From: Eledone cirrhosa
Taxonomy: Eukaryota
Reading direction: 5' to 3'
Assembly: GCA_964016885.1 (NCBI GenBank)
Contig: OZ024766.1
Coordinates: 17,236,001-17,300,000, forward strand
Length of the DNA stretch: 64,000 nt
The notes below the pieces were generated by a model. That model ran no database searches. It worked only from the letters and a program-made list of their open reading frames with translations, and was not told where the DNA came from. Of this stretch, positions 43,703 to 57,200 are shown in pieces. Position numbers and translations under genes: made by a program. Position 1 is the stretch's first letter; each line of letters starts with the position of its first letter.

Positions 43703-44146
43703 CATTCATTTCATTTCATTTCATTTTACATCCGCTTTTTCCCTGCTTGCAAGGGTGGGACGGGAACTGATTCTGGCTTGATTTCTACAGCTGGATGCCC
43801 TTCCTAACATCAACCACATTTACAGTGAGTGCTGGGTGCTTTTTTTGCTGTGGCACCTCCACGACCACTTTACAGTGAGTGCTGGGTGCTTTTTTGCCGT
43901 GGCACCTCCACGGCCACTTTACAGTGAGTGCTGGGTGCTTTTTTGCCGTGGCACCTCCACGTCAACTTTGCAGTGGAATGATAGGGACCCCAGTCCTTAT
44001 CATCTCATTTCTACAGCTGAGTAAACTGGAGCAATGTGAAATAAAGTGTCTTGCTCAAGGAAACAACACATCACCTGATCTGAGAATTGAACTCACAACC
44101 TTTCGATTGCAAGGCCAATGCTCTAACCACTAGGCCATGTGCCTCC
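43703..44146 (-). mobile_element. tRNA-derived SINE with RTE-type tail (same family as 28897)
   Basis: Reverse complement of GGAGGCACATGGCCTAGTGGTTAGAGC...; ~3 copies of the 49-bp unit. Confidence 0.85.
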
Positions 44147-44178
44147 ATATATATATATTATTATATATATTATTATTA

Positions 44179-45302
44179 CACCTCTCAAAGACAATGACAC
44201 ACGACCGTGACCTCTGGCGTCACGCAGTAATACAGAGTACCCGACCTCGCATGGGTGCAAGCTGAAGCATATAGACAGTATGCTCCCACACCCCCCACCG
44301 CAAGGTGGTCGTGGAGGTGCCACGGCAAAAAAGCACCCAGCACTCACTGTAAAGTCGTCGTGGAGGTGCCACGGCAAAAAAGCACCCAGCACTCACTGTA
44401 AGGTGGTCGTGGAGGTGCCACAGCAAAAAGCACCCAGCACTCACTGTAAAGTGGTCGTGGAGGTGCCACGGCAAAAAAAGCACCCAGCACTCACTGTAAA
44501 GTGGTCGTGGAGGTGCCACGCAAAAAAGCACCCAGCACTCACTGTAAGGTGGTCGTGGAGGTGCCACAGCAAAAAGCACCCAGCACTCACTGTAAAGTGG
44601 TCGTGGAGGTGCCACGGCAAAAAAGCACCCAGCACTCACTGTAAAGTGGTCGTGGAGGTGCCACGGCAAAAAAGCACCCAGCACTCACTGTAAAGTGGTC
44701 GTGGAGGTGCCACGGCAAAAAAGCACCCAGCACTCACTGTAAAGTGGTCGTGGAGGTGCCACGGCAAAAAAGCACCCACCACTCACTGTAAAGTGGTCGT
44801 GGAGGGTACCACGGCAAAAAAGCACCAGCACTCACTGTAAAGTGGTCGTGGAGGTGCCATGGCAAAAAAAGCACCCAGTCCACACTGTAAAGTGGTCGTG
44901 GAGGTGCCATGGCAAAAAAGCACCCAGTCCACACTGTAAAGTGGTCGTGGAGGTACCACGGCAAAAAAGCACCCAGCACTCACTGTAAAGTGGTCGTGGA
45001 GGTGCCACGGCAAAAAAAGCACCAGTCACACTGTAAAGTGGTCGTGGAGGTGCACGGCAAAAAGCACCCAGCCCTCACTGTAAAGTGGTCGTGGAGGTGC
45101 CACGGCAAAAAAGCACCGAGCACTCACTGTAAATGAGGTTGGTGTTAGGAAGGGCATCCAGCTGTAGAAATCAAGCCAGATCAGTTCCTGTATGAGCAAG
45201 ACAAGGTCAGCTGACCAGACACTGCCCACAACAGGACAACCTGTCTAACCCATGCTAGCGTGGAAGAACGGACGTAAAACAGTGATGATGATGATGATGA
45301 TG

Positions 45303-45303
<1 letters not shown>
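44179..45303 (+). mobile_element. RTE 3' fragment with ~17 copies of the 49-bp unit and (GAT)n tail
   Basis: Begins in the ORF end (HLSKTMTHDRDLWRHAV); the UTR matches 41958-42256. Confidence 0.85.
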
Positions 45304-45356
<53 letters not shown>

Positions 45357-45506
45357 ATATATTATATATATATATATTATATATATATTATATATATATA
45401 TATATTATATATATATATATATTATATATATATATATTATATATATATTATATATATATATATATTATATATATATATATATTATATATATATATTATAT
45501 ATATAT

Positions 45507-45537
<31 letters not shown>

Positions 45538-45632
45538 TATATATATATATTATATATATATATAAACATATATTATATATATATATATTATATATATATA
45601 TTATATATATATATAAACATATATTATATATA

Positions 45633-45739
<107 letters not shown>

Positions 45740-45751
45740 ATTATATATATA

Positions 45752-45800
<49 letters not shown>

Positions 45801-45826
45801 TATATATATATATATTATATATATAT

Positions 45827-45859
<33 letters not shown>

Positions 45860-45881
45860 TATATATATATATGTATATATA

Positions 45882-45955
<74 letters not shown>

Positions 45956-45996
45956 ATATTATATATATATTATATATATATATATTATATATATAT

Positions 45997-46027
<31 letters not shown>

Positions 46028-46076
46028 TATATATATATTATATATATATGTATATATATATATATTATATATATAT

Positions 46077-46109
<33 letters not shown>

Positions 46110-46414
46110 TATATATATATATTATATATAATATATTTAGAAACACACAGATACATGCGGACACACACATATATACATGAATGCATCCGCACCCAACTGT
46201 GAGTTAAGGGTGCCGACTTCACCGATGTTGCTCACTACCTCTTCTACGGCCTCGATATGAATACCCCCTCCGCCTCCGTGGTATTTTCTTCGTGGTTATA
46301 GGAGGCTTAGCTCTGTTTCTCGACCGTTATATCGCGTGACTATCTCCCCCTCCGCCTTTTGGGATTCTTTCTCACGTCGTGTAGACGCGTTCTTGAGACT
46401 AGTAAAATGAGGTA

Positions 46415-46502
46415 TCCTCTTGATAAGTCGGCAGACCTCGCAAGGACTCTATATCTTTGATATATTGTTTTTGTTTATGCCACGAAACTACGTAGTCGAG
46501 GA
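46415..46502 (+). ncRNA. Type I hammerhead, U3-A8 covariant core
   Basis: TCCTC-TTGATAA-GTCGGCA..TGCCAC-GAAA-CTACGTAG-TC|GAGGA. Confidence 0.78.
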
Positions 46503-46992
46503 ATTTAGGAGCAGTTTAGGTATGATACATTTTATTACTAATTATATCTAAATGTTTCTTCTCTCTTCATAATGTATTTTTAACTCTGATACTGGTTCAG
46601 TCTAGTTCAACTGAATTGGTCTGTCCCAGTCATTCATTGAGCAACATCGGTGAAGTCGGCACCCTTAACTCACAGTTGGGTGCGGATGCATTCATGTATA
46701 TATGTGTGTGTCCGCATGTATCTGTGTGTTTCTAACTCCCTCTGGTCGAGCAATCTTTGAAGTGTGGGGACAACTGGAAAGCTTCCATTACTCATACTTC
46801 TCGCCTTCTTCACTACCTCTTCTACGGCCTCGATATGAATACCCTCTCCGCCTCCGTGGTATTTTCTTCGTGGTTATAGGAGGCTTAGCTCTGTTTCTCG
46901 ACCGTTATATCGCGTGACTATCTCCCCCTCCGCCTTTTGGGATTCTTTCTCACGTCGTGTAGACGCGTTCTTGAGACTAGTAAAATGAGGTA

Positions 46993-47080
46993 TCCTCTTG
47001 ATAAGTCGGCAGACCTCGCAAGGACTCTATATCTTTGATATATTGTTTTTGTTTATGCCACGAAACTACGTAGTCGAGGA
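46993..47080 (+). ncRNA. Type I hammerhead, U3-A8 covariant core (second copy)
   Basis: Same motif as 46415-46502, 578 bp downstream. Confidence 0.78.
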
Positions 47081-47169
47081 ATTTAGGAGCAGTTTAGGTA
47101 TGATACATTTTATTACTAATTATATCTAAATGTTTCTTCTCTCTTCATAATGTATATTATATATATATA

Positions 47170-47223
<54 letters not shown>

Positions 47224-47268
47224 TCATCATCATTTTACATCCGCTTGTCCCTGCTTGCAATATATATA

Positions 47269-47317
<49 letters not shown>

Positions 47318-47381
47318 ACACACATAGATATACATACTCAAAGATATGAGAATTTTCTCATCTTCCTTTCAAAAGACGTTT

Positions 47382-47474
<93 letters not shown>

Positions 47475-47510
47475 GTATATATATGTATATATATATATGT
47501 ATATATATGC

Positions 47511-47542
<32 letters not shown>

Positions 47543-47559
47543 GTATATATATGCATATA

Positions 47560-47603
<44 letters not shown>

Positions 47604-47611
<8 letters not shown>

Positions 47612-47717
47612 GTTAATTATTCTAATTGGGAGAGGAAATAGTATATATTTTATCTGTGATTCTATAGACATGTTTCATGATATATAAATATATGTATATA
47701 TATACATATATATATAC

Positions 47718-47812
<95 letters not shown>

Positions 47813-47994
47813 ATACAATAACTGAGATAGTTTAAAGCTAAACTCTGACTGGAAACCATCTCACTCAACAAACATTAGGTTATATTAAAATATAAACCCA
47901 ATTTAAGTGTTTGGGGTGCTAACAATATGTATTATGTGGAAAAACCAGTTGTATTATTTCATGAGATATAATTAAAGTTAAAGTATATAAAATT

Positions 47995-48048
<54 letters not shown>

Positions 48049-48089
48049 CAAGCAGGGACAAGCGGATGTAAAATGATGATGATATATAT

Positions 48090-48138
<49 letters not shown>

Positions 48139-48320
48139 AATTTTATATACTTTAACTTTGATTTTATCTCATGAAATAATACAACTGGTTTTTCCACATA
48201 ATACATATTGTTAGCACCCCAAACACTTAAATTGGGTTTATATTTTAATATAACCTAATGTTTGTTGAGTGAGATGGTTTCCAGTCAGAGTTTAGCTTTA
48301 AACTATCTCAGTTATTGTAT

Positions 48321-48369
<49 letters not shown>

Positions 48370-48476
48370 GTATATATATATGTATATATATACATATATA
48401 TATATATCATGAAACATGTCTATAGAATCACAAGATAAAATATATACTATTTCCTCTCCCATTTAGAATAATTAAC

Positions 48477-48484
<8 letters not shown>
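47604..48484. repeat. Long AT-rich palindrome (inner part repeated at ~52931-53423 and ~58350-58863)
   Basis: Arms TTAATACAATAAC..AAATTATA and its reverse complement, centred on an RTE-tail stub inside (AT)n. The outer arms contain GAAA-CATG-TC. Confidence 0.85.
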
Positions 48485-48521
<37 letters not shown>

Positions 48522-48816
48522 CGGTATAAAGTAACGTTCAAATTTTTCTCGATTCTTCTCTCCATTCGAACCCATTCATTCAATCACTTCTATGTCCTAA
48601 TTTCACACTATATCATATTTTCACCATTCTATATCATATCTTTTCTTTAAAAATCATATTTTCCCTATCACCGCATTTTCTCTATCGTATTTTCTTAAAC
48701 AAAACAAATCTTGTATTGTCGTTTATTGTTAAATTATGCTCAAAATACGGCGATCTTATCTTAAACCTTACATTCTCGCTAACAACCCATCATCCCATCA
48801 ACTTCAGAGTGGTACC

Positions 48817-51800
48817 ATGAATGTAGGCACCTTAAAGGGTCGCTCTAACGAGGTTGTAGAAATGCTTGAACGTAAGGAGGTCGATGTTTGTTGTATTCAA
48901 GAGACCAGGTGGAGGGGAGGGTCGGCTAGATTCATCGTAGGTAAAGAACGATGCTATAAGCTTTCTGGGTGGGAAATGACAATGGGTTGGGTGGGGTAGG
49001 AATCATGGTAGCAGAAAAGTGGGCAGATAAGATAATAGACGTAAATAGAGTGAACGACAGAATAATTAAAATAAGACTTGTCCTCAATAAAACTACGGTG
49101 ACAGTAATATCTGCGTACGCACCCCAATCCGGATTGCCCGGCGCTATAAAAGACAGATTCTACGAGACACTGATGCTCGCTACCTCCCAAATAACCGACA
49201 GTGACTATATAGTTATTGCAGGCGACCTAAATGGTCACGTTGGACAACATTGTGACGGCTATGACGGAATCCATGGAGGCTATGGGTTCGGTACTAGAAA
49301 TGAGGAAGGCTCCAGAATCCTGGAATTCTGCGACGCAAATAACTTAACTATCTGTAACACTAACTTAAAAAAACGAGACAATCACCTGATCAGCTATAGA
49401 TCGGGGAACACACAAGCCAGGTAGATTATATCCTTACCAGAAGACGTGACAGAGTGTCTGTTGTTAACACTAAATCCCACCCCCATGAAGAATTCACCTC
49501 CCAACATAGACTGATAATTAGCGACCTCATAGTCAGGACGAGACGTACTAGACAGCGGAAGAGGACTATCCTCAGGAGAAAAATATGGAAGCTAAAGGAC
49601 CCCATAGCCAGAAATAAATTTCAAAGCATATTACTTGACGCTTTCGACAGTAAGGAAGAGCAATTAGAGTCGTATAATATAGAGGAACAGTGGGAATTCC
49701 TGAGAGCAAACCTGCTGACGGCGGCAGACGAAGTCTGTGGCTGGAGCAGGCCTGTAGGTAGGAGGAGAGTAACATGGTGGTGGAACAGTAAGGTGGAGGA
49801 GTCAATTAAGGCCAAAAAGCAGGCTTGGAAAGTATGGCGGGATGGGGGAAGTAGAGAAGACTATCAAGTGGCCAGGAGGGAAGCTAGGAGACAAGTGTAC
49901 TTCGCAAGAAGGGAAGCAGAGGAAAGAAAGTTCAAGCATGTTCTACAACGTGAGGACCAAAAACGTGAGGTGTTCAGGATTGCCAGGCAATGTGTCAAGG
50001 AAAACCGTGATATTGTCGGGGAGAAGTGTGTACTTAACGATGATGGCATACTTGCCATCACCGACGCTGATAAGAAGGTAGCTTGGAAGTGTCACTACGA
50101 AAGGCTTCTAAATGAGGAGAACAAATGGGAGAAAGACAGTCTCCCCCAGATCAATCCAATAGAGGGACCAGCAGTGTTAGTTGATGGTAGTATAATAAGT
50201 AAGGCAATCAAAGATATGAAGACGGGTAAGGCGGCTGGGCCTTCGGAAATAGTTGCTGAGATGCTGAAGGCATCTGGTTTGGTGGGACACACCATGGTCA
50301 CCCGGATAGTTAACCAAGTCGTACAGAATGGGGTTGTTCCGAAGGAATGGCGTAGCAGCATCATCGTTAACTGCTATAAGGGAAAAGGAGATGCCCTAGA
50401 TAGGAGTAACTATAGAGGCATTAAATTAATCGACCAGGTCATGAAGGTCACGGAAAAAGTAATAGCGCAACTAATCAGAGAGAGAATTGATCTAGATGAA
50501 ATGCAGTTCGGGTTTGTGTCAGGCAAAAGTACCACAGACGCTCTTTTCATTGTACGACAACTACAGGAGAAGTACCTAGCTAAAAGTAAACCCCTATACT
50601 TAGCTTTCGTCGACTTGGAGAAAGCCTTCGACAGAGTCCCCCGTTCCATTATCTGGTGGTCTCTTAGAAAACTAGGTGTTGACGAATGGCTTGTGAGAGC
50701 TATACAAGCCATGTATAAAGAAACAGTCAGTAAGGTTAGAATTAACAACGAATATAGTGAAGAGTTTAGCGTAAAAGTTGGTGTCCATCAGGGCTCTGTT
50801 CTTAGCCCCCTACTATTTATTATTGCCCTTCAGGCTATAACAGAGGAGTTCAAGACCGGCTGCCCATGGGAACTCCTATACGCAGATGATCTAACGCTCA
50901 TAGCTGAATCAATGACCGAACTAGAGAAGAAATTCCAAACGTGGAAGCACGGCCTAGAATCAAAAGGCCTTAAAATTAACCTGGCTAAGACTAAAGTTCT
51001 AGTTTGTAGGAAAGAAAATAAGGCGGCGGTCCCATCTGGGAAATGGCCATGCTCAGTGTGTAGGAAAGGCGTAGGTAGAAACTCCATTTTATGTCCCAAA
51101 TGCAAAGTATGGGTGCATAAAAGATGTAGTGGGATCACAGGTAAGCTAACTAAGAACATAGATTTTACATGTGGCCGGTGCTCTGGTGCAATAAGTAGCA
51201 GCAAGTGCCCACGAAATACTAGCTCCTTCAACTGCGCAGAGGGTTCTATAGAAATAGTGGACAGCTTCCGTTATCTGGGTGACAAAATCAGCAGTGGGGG
51301 AGGGTGCTCTGAAAGTACAGTAGCTAGAGTCAGAACTGGATGGAAAAAGTTCAGAGAGCTTATACCACTATTAGCCGCTAGAGGGTTCTCCCTAAAAATG
51401 AAAGGCAGGTTATACGATGCCTGCATACGAACAGCAATGCTGCATGGCAGTGAGACCTGGGCATTGTGTGCAGAGGATATACGCAGACTAGAGAGGAACG
51501 AAGCTTGCATGCTCCGCTGGATGTGCAATAGTAATATACGTGAACGGCAAAGCATAAATGAACTAAGGAAAAAATTAGAAATAAGAGGGATCAGATGTTG
51601 TTTACTCGAGAGAAGGCTACGTTGGTACGGTCTCGTGATGCGCATGAAAGACGACAGCTGTATAACAAAGTGCAGGGCAATAAAGATAGACGGTAGCCAC
51701 GGAGTAGGCAGACCCAGAAAAACATGGGACGAGCTGATAAATTCCGACCTCACACGCTTACACCTCTCCAAGACAATGTCACTGGACCGAGACCTTTGGC

Positions 51801-51835
51801 GGTACTCAGTAATAGAGAAGACCCGCCTTACCTAA
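48817..51835 (+). pseudogene. RTE LINE copy 1 (APE + RT), frameshifted, with a 5' deletion
   Basis: Relative to copy 2: 1-bp deletions at ~48961 (T run) and ~49403 (G run), and ~290 bp missing at ~48796. Confidence 0.9.
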
Positions 51836-52451
51836 ATACAAAGTAAAAACCTACTACAGTCAGTAGGCATCTCTATCAAAACACACCCCCGTCCCACCAC
51901 CTCCACCTCACCCACACCGCCCCTTCAATGTAAAGTTATGTTGGTCCCACAACATCCAGGCCGAAACAAATGAGATCGTGTAGGTGTCACGACAAAAAAC
52001 ACACAGTCCACGCTGTAAATGTGGCCGTGTAGGCAACACGGTAAAAACCTCCCAGCCCCACACTGTAAATGTGGTTGGTGTTAGGAAGGGCATCCAGCTG
52101 TAGAAAACCCGCCAGACAGTCCACGCTGTAATGTGGCCGTGTAGGCAACACGGTAAAAACCTCCCAGCCCCACACTGTAAATGTGGTTGGTGTTAGGAAG
52201 GGCATCCAGCTGTAGAAAACCCGCCAGACAGTCCACGCTGTAATGTGGCCGTGTAGGCAACACGGTAAAAACCTCCCAGCCCCACACTGTAAATGTGGTT
52301 GGTGTTAGGAAGGGCATCCAACTGTAGAAAACCCGCCAGACAGTCCTATGCGAGCAAGACAACCACTCTTGCCTCAAGTGGGAAAACCCCCGTCCAAACC
52401 CATGCAAGCGTGGAACACGGACGCTAAACCTCATGATGATGATGATGATGA

Positions 52452-52494
<43 letters not shown>

Positions 52495-52561
52495 GTCTTT
52501 TGAAAGGAAGATGAGAAAATTCTCATATCTTTGAGTATGTATATGTATGTGTGTATACATA

Positions 52562-52626
<65 letters not shown>

Positions 52627-52662
52627 CAAGCAGGGACAAGCGGATGTAAAATGATGATGATG

Positions 52663-52698
<36 letters not shown>

Positions 52699-52781
52699 TG
52701 TTATGCTTTGGGAGGTCATGTTGACAAATATAATTCAGAAACGAAATATATATACATATATATATATATATACATATATAC

Positions 52782-52847
<66 letters not shown>

Positions 52848-52881
52848 CAAGCAGGGACAAGCGGATGTAAAATGATGATGA

Positions 52882-52934
<53 letters not shown>

Positions 52935-53116
52935 ATACAATAACAGAGATAGTTTAAAGCTAAACTCTGACTGGAAACCATCTCACTCAACAAACATTAG
53001 GTTATATTAAAATATAAACCCAATTTAAGTGTTTGGGGTGCTAACAATATGTATTATGTGGAAAAACCAGTTGTATTATTTCATGAGATATAATTAAAGT
53101 TAAAGTATATAAAATT

Positions 53117-53166
<50 letters not shown>

Positions 53167-53200
53167 CAAGCAGGGACAAGCGGATGTAAAATGATGATGA

Positions 53201-53264
<64 letters not shown>

Positions 53265-53440
53265 ATATACTTTAACTTTAATTATATCTCATAAATCAAT
53301 ACAACTGGTTTTTCCACATAATACATATTGTTAGCACCCCAAACACTTAAATTGGGTTTATATTTTAATATAACCTAATGTTTGTTGAGTGAGATGGTTT
53401 CCAGTCAGAGTTTAGCTTTAAACTATCTCTGTTATTGTAT

Positions 53441-53478
<38 letters not shown>

Positions 53479-53600
53479 TATATGTATATATATATGTATA
53501 TATATGTATATATATACATATATATATATATCATGAAACATGTCTATAGAATCACAAGATAAAATATATACTATTTCCTCTCCCAATTAGAATAATTAAC

Positions 53601-53651
<51 letters not shown>

Positions 53652-54231
53652 CGGTATAAAGTAACGTTCAAATTTTTCTCGATTCTTCTCTCCATTCGAA
53701 CCCATTCATTCAATCACTTCTATGTCCTAATTTCACACTATATCATATTTTCACCATTCTATATCATATCTTTTCTCTAAAAATCATATTTTCCCTATCA
53801 CCGCATTTTCTCTATCGTATTTTCTTAAACAAAACAAATCTTGTATTGTCGTTTATTGTTAAATTATGCTCAAAATACGGCGATCTTATCTTAAACCTTA
53901 CATTCTCGCTAACAACCCATCATCCCTCCCTCCCGCCCCCACGCACCACCATTATTACGTGGACCAATCATAAGTCAGAGGCCCATACTATCGCTTAACT
54001 GGTTGCTTTTCGATATGATGGATGGACTACGGAATTCTGGAGAGTTGAAGAGAGAAAAATGTGGACGCTCAGCGACAATGCCAAAGATAAAGCCAAATTC
54101 ACCTCGTGGACGAGAATGCAAGCACTCCTCCTTGTTTCGGCCCAGGATGGCTAACATAACCCCCCCCCCCCCCCCGCGCGCCCCACCGCTCCCACCCTCC
54201 AAACGCAATCCAAAACTTCAGAGTTGGTACC

Positions 54232-57200
54232 ATGAATGTAGGCACCTTAAAGGGTCGCTCTAACGAGGTTGTAGAAATGCTTGAACGTAAGGAGGTCGAT
54301 GTTTGTTGTATTCAAGAGACCAGGTGGAGGGGAGGGTCGGCTAGATTCATCGTAGGTAAAGAACGATGCTATAAGCTTTTCTGGGTGGGAAATGACAATG
54401 GGTTGGGTGGGGTAGGAATCATGGTAGCAGAAAAGTGGGCAGATAAGATAATAGACGTAAATAGAGTGAACGACAGAATAATTAAAATAAGACTTGTCCT
54501 CAATAAAACTACGGTGACAGTAATATCTGCGTACGCACCCCAATCCGGATTGCCCGGCGCTATAAAAGACAGATTCTACGAGACACTGATGCTCGCTACC
54601 TCCCAAATAACCGACAGTGACTATATAGTTATTGCAGGCGACCTAAATGGTCACGTTGGACAACATTGTGACGGCTATGACGGAATCCATGGAGGCTATG
54701 GGTTCGGTACTAGAAATGAGGAAGGCTCCAGAATCCTGGAATTCTGCGACGCAAATAACTTAACTATCTGTAACACTAACTTAAAAAAACGAGACAATCA
54801 CCTGATCAGCTATAGATCGGGGGAACACACAAGCCAGGTAGATTATATCCTTACCAGAAGACGTGACAGAGTGTCTGTTGTTAACACTAAATCCCACCCC
54901 CATGAAGAATTCACCTCCCAACATAGACTGATAATTAGCGACCTCATAGTCAGGACGAGACGTACTAGACAGCGGAAGAGGACTATCCTCAGGAGAAAAA
55001 TATGGAAGCTAAAGGACCCCATAGCCAGAAATAAATTTCAAAGCATATTACTTGACGCTTTCGACAGTAAGGAAGAGCAATTAGAGTCGTATAATATAGA
55101 GGAACAGTGGGAATTCCTGAGAGCAAACCTGCTGACGGCGGCAGACGAAGTCTGTGGCTGGAGCAGGCCTGTAGGTAGGAGGAGAGTAACATGGTGGTGG
55201 AACAGTAAGGTGGAGGAGTCAATTAAGGCCAAAAAGCAGGCTTGGAAAGTATGGCGGGATGGGGGAAGTAGAGAAGACTATCAAGTGGCCAGGAGGGAAG
55301 CTAGGAGACAAGTGTACTTCGCAAGAAGGGAAGCAGAGGAAAGAAAGTTCAAGCATGTTCTACAACGTGAGGACCAAAAACGTGAGGTGTTCAGGATTGC
55401 CAGGCAATGTGTCAAGGAAAACCGTGATATTGTCGGGGAGAAGTGTGTACTTAACGATGATGGCATACTTGCCATCACCGACGCTGATAAGAAGGTAGCT
55501 TGGAAGTGTCACTACGAAAGGCTTCTAAATGAGGAGAACAAATGGGAGAAAGACAGTCTCCCCCAGATCAATCCAATAGAGGGACCAGCAGTGTTAGTTG
55601 ATGGTAGTATAATAAGTAAGGCAATCAAAGATATGAAGACGGGTAAGGCGGCTGGGCCTTCGGAAATAGTTGCTGAGATGCTGAAGGCATCTGGTTTGGT
55701 GGGACACACCATGGTCACCCGGATAGTTAACCAAGTCGTACAGAATGGGGTTGTTCCGAAGGAATGGCGTAGCAGCATCATCGTTAACTGCTATAAGGGA
55801 AAAGGAGATGCCCTAGATAGGAGTAACTATAGAGGCATTAAATTAATCGACCAGGTCATGAAGGTCACGGAAAAAGTAATAGCGCAACTAATCAGAGAGA
55901 GAATTGATCTAGATGAAATGCAGTTCGGGTTTGTGTCAGGCAAAAGTACCACAGACGCTCTTTTCATTGTACGACAACTACAGGAGAAGTACCTAGCTAA
56001 AAGTAAACCCCTATACTTAGCTTTCGTCGACTTGGAGAAAGCCTTCGACAGAGTCCCCCGTTCCATTATCTGGTGGTCTCTTAGAAAACTAGGTGTTGAC
56101 GAATGGCTTGTGAGAGCTATACAAGCCATGTATAAAGAAACAGTCAGTAAGGTTAGAATTAACAACGAATATAGTGAAGAGTTTAGCGTAAAAGTTGGTG
56201 TCCATCAGGGCTCTGTTCTTAGCCCCCTACTATTTATTATTGCCCTTCAGGCTATAACAGAGGAGTTCAAGACCGGCTGCCCATGGGAACTCCTATACGC
56301 AGATGATCTAACGCTCATAGCTGAATCAATGACCGAACTAGAGAAGAAATTCCAAACGTGGAAGCACGGCCTAGAATCAAAAGGCCTTAAAATTAACCTG
56401 GCTAAGACTAAAGTTCTAGTTTGTAGGAAAGAAAATAAGGCGGCGGTCCCATCTGGGAAATGGCCATGCTCAGTGTGTAGGAAAGGCGTAGGTAGAAACT
56501 CCATTTTATGTCCCAAATGCAAAGTATGGGTGCATAAAAGATGTAGTGGGATCACAGGTAAGCTAACTAAGAACATAGATTTTACATGTGGCCGGTGCTC
56601 TGGTGCAATAAGTAGCAGCAAGTGCCCACGAAATACTAGCTCCTTCAACTGCGCAGAGGGTTCTATAGAAATAGTGGACAGCTTCCGTTATCTGGGTGAC
56701 AAAATCAGCAGTGGGGGAGGGTGCTCTGAAAGTACAGTAGCTAGAGTCAGAACTGGATGGAAAAAGTTCAGAGAGCTTATACCACTATTAGCCGCTAGAG
56801 GGTTCTCCCTAAAAATGAAAGGCAGGTTATACGATGCCTGCATACGAACAGCAATGCTGCATGGCAGTGAGACCTGGGCATTGTGTGCAGAGGATATACG
56901 CAGACTAGAGAGGAACGAAGCTTGCATGCTCCGCTGGATGTGCAATAGTAATATACGTGAACGGCAAAGCATAAATGAACTAAGGAAAAAATTAGAAATA
57001 AGAGGGATCAGATGTTGTTTACTCGAGAGAAGGCTACGTTGGTACGGTCTCGTGATGCGCATGAAAGACGACAGCTGTATAACAAAGTGCAGGGCAATAA
57101 AGATAGACGGTAGCCACGGAGTAGGCAGACCCAGAAAAACATGGGACGAGCTGATAAATTCCGACCTCACACGCTTACACCTCTCCAAGACAATGTCACT

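Larger units (their letters stand above)
46137..47156 (+). mobile_element. Non-autonomous Penelope/retrozyme-like element: 578-bp period, ~1.6 units plus a 97-bp inverted 5' piece
   Basis: Direct repeat 46234-46577 / 46812-47156. 46137-46233 is the reverse complement of 46637-46735. Two hammerheads; flanked by (AT)n. Confidence 0.85.

Noticed and set aside
49572-51771. Antisense and alternative-frame ORFs over the RTE copies (also 42387-43781)
   Set aside because: Shadow ORFs of the RT coding strand with no independent signal.
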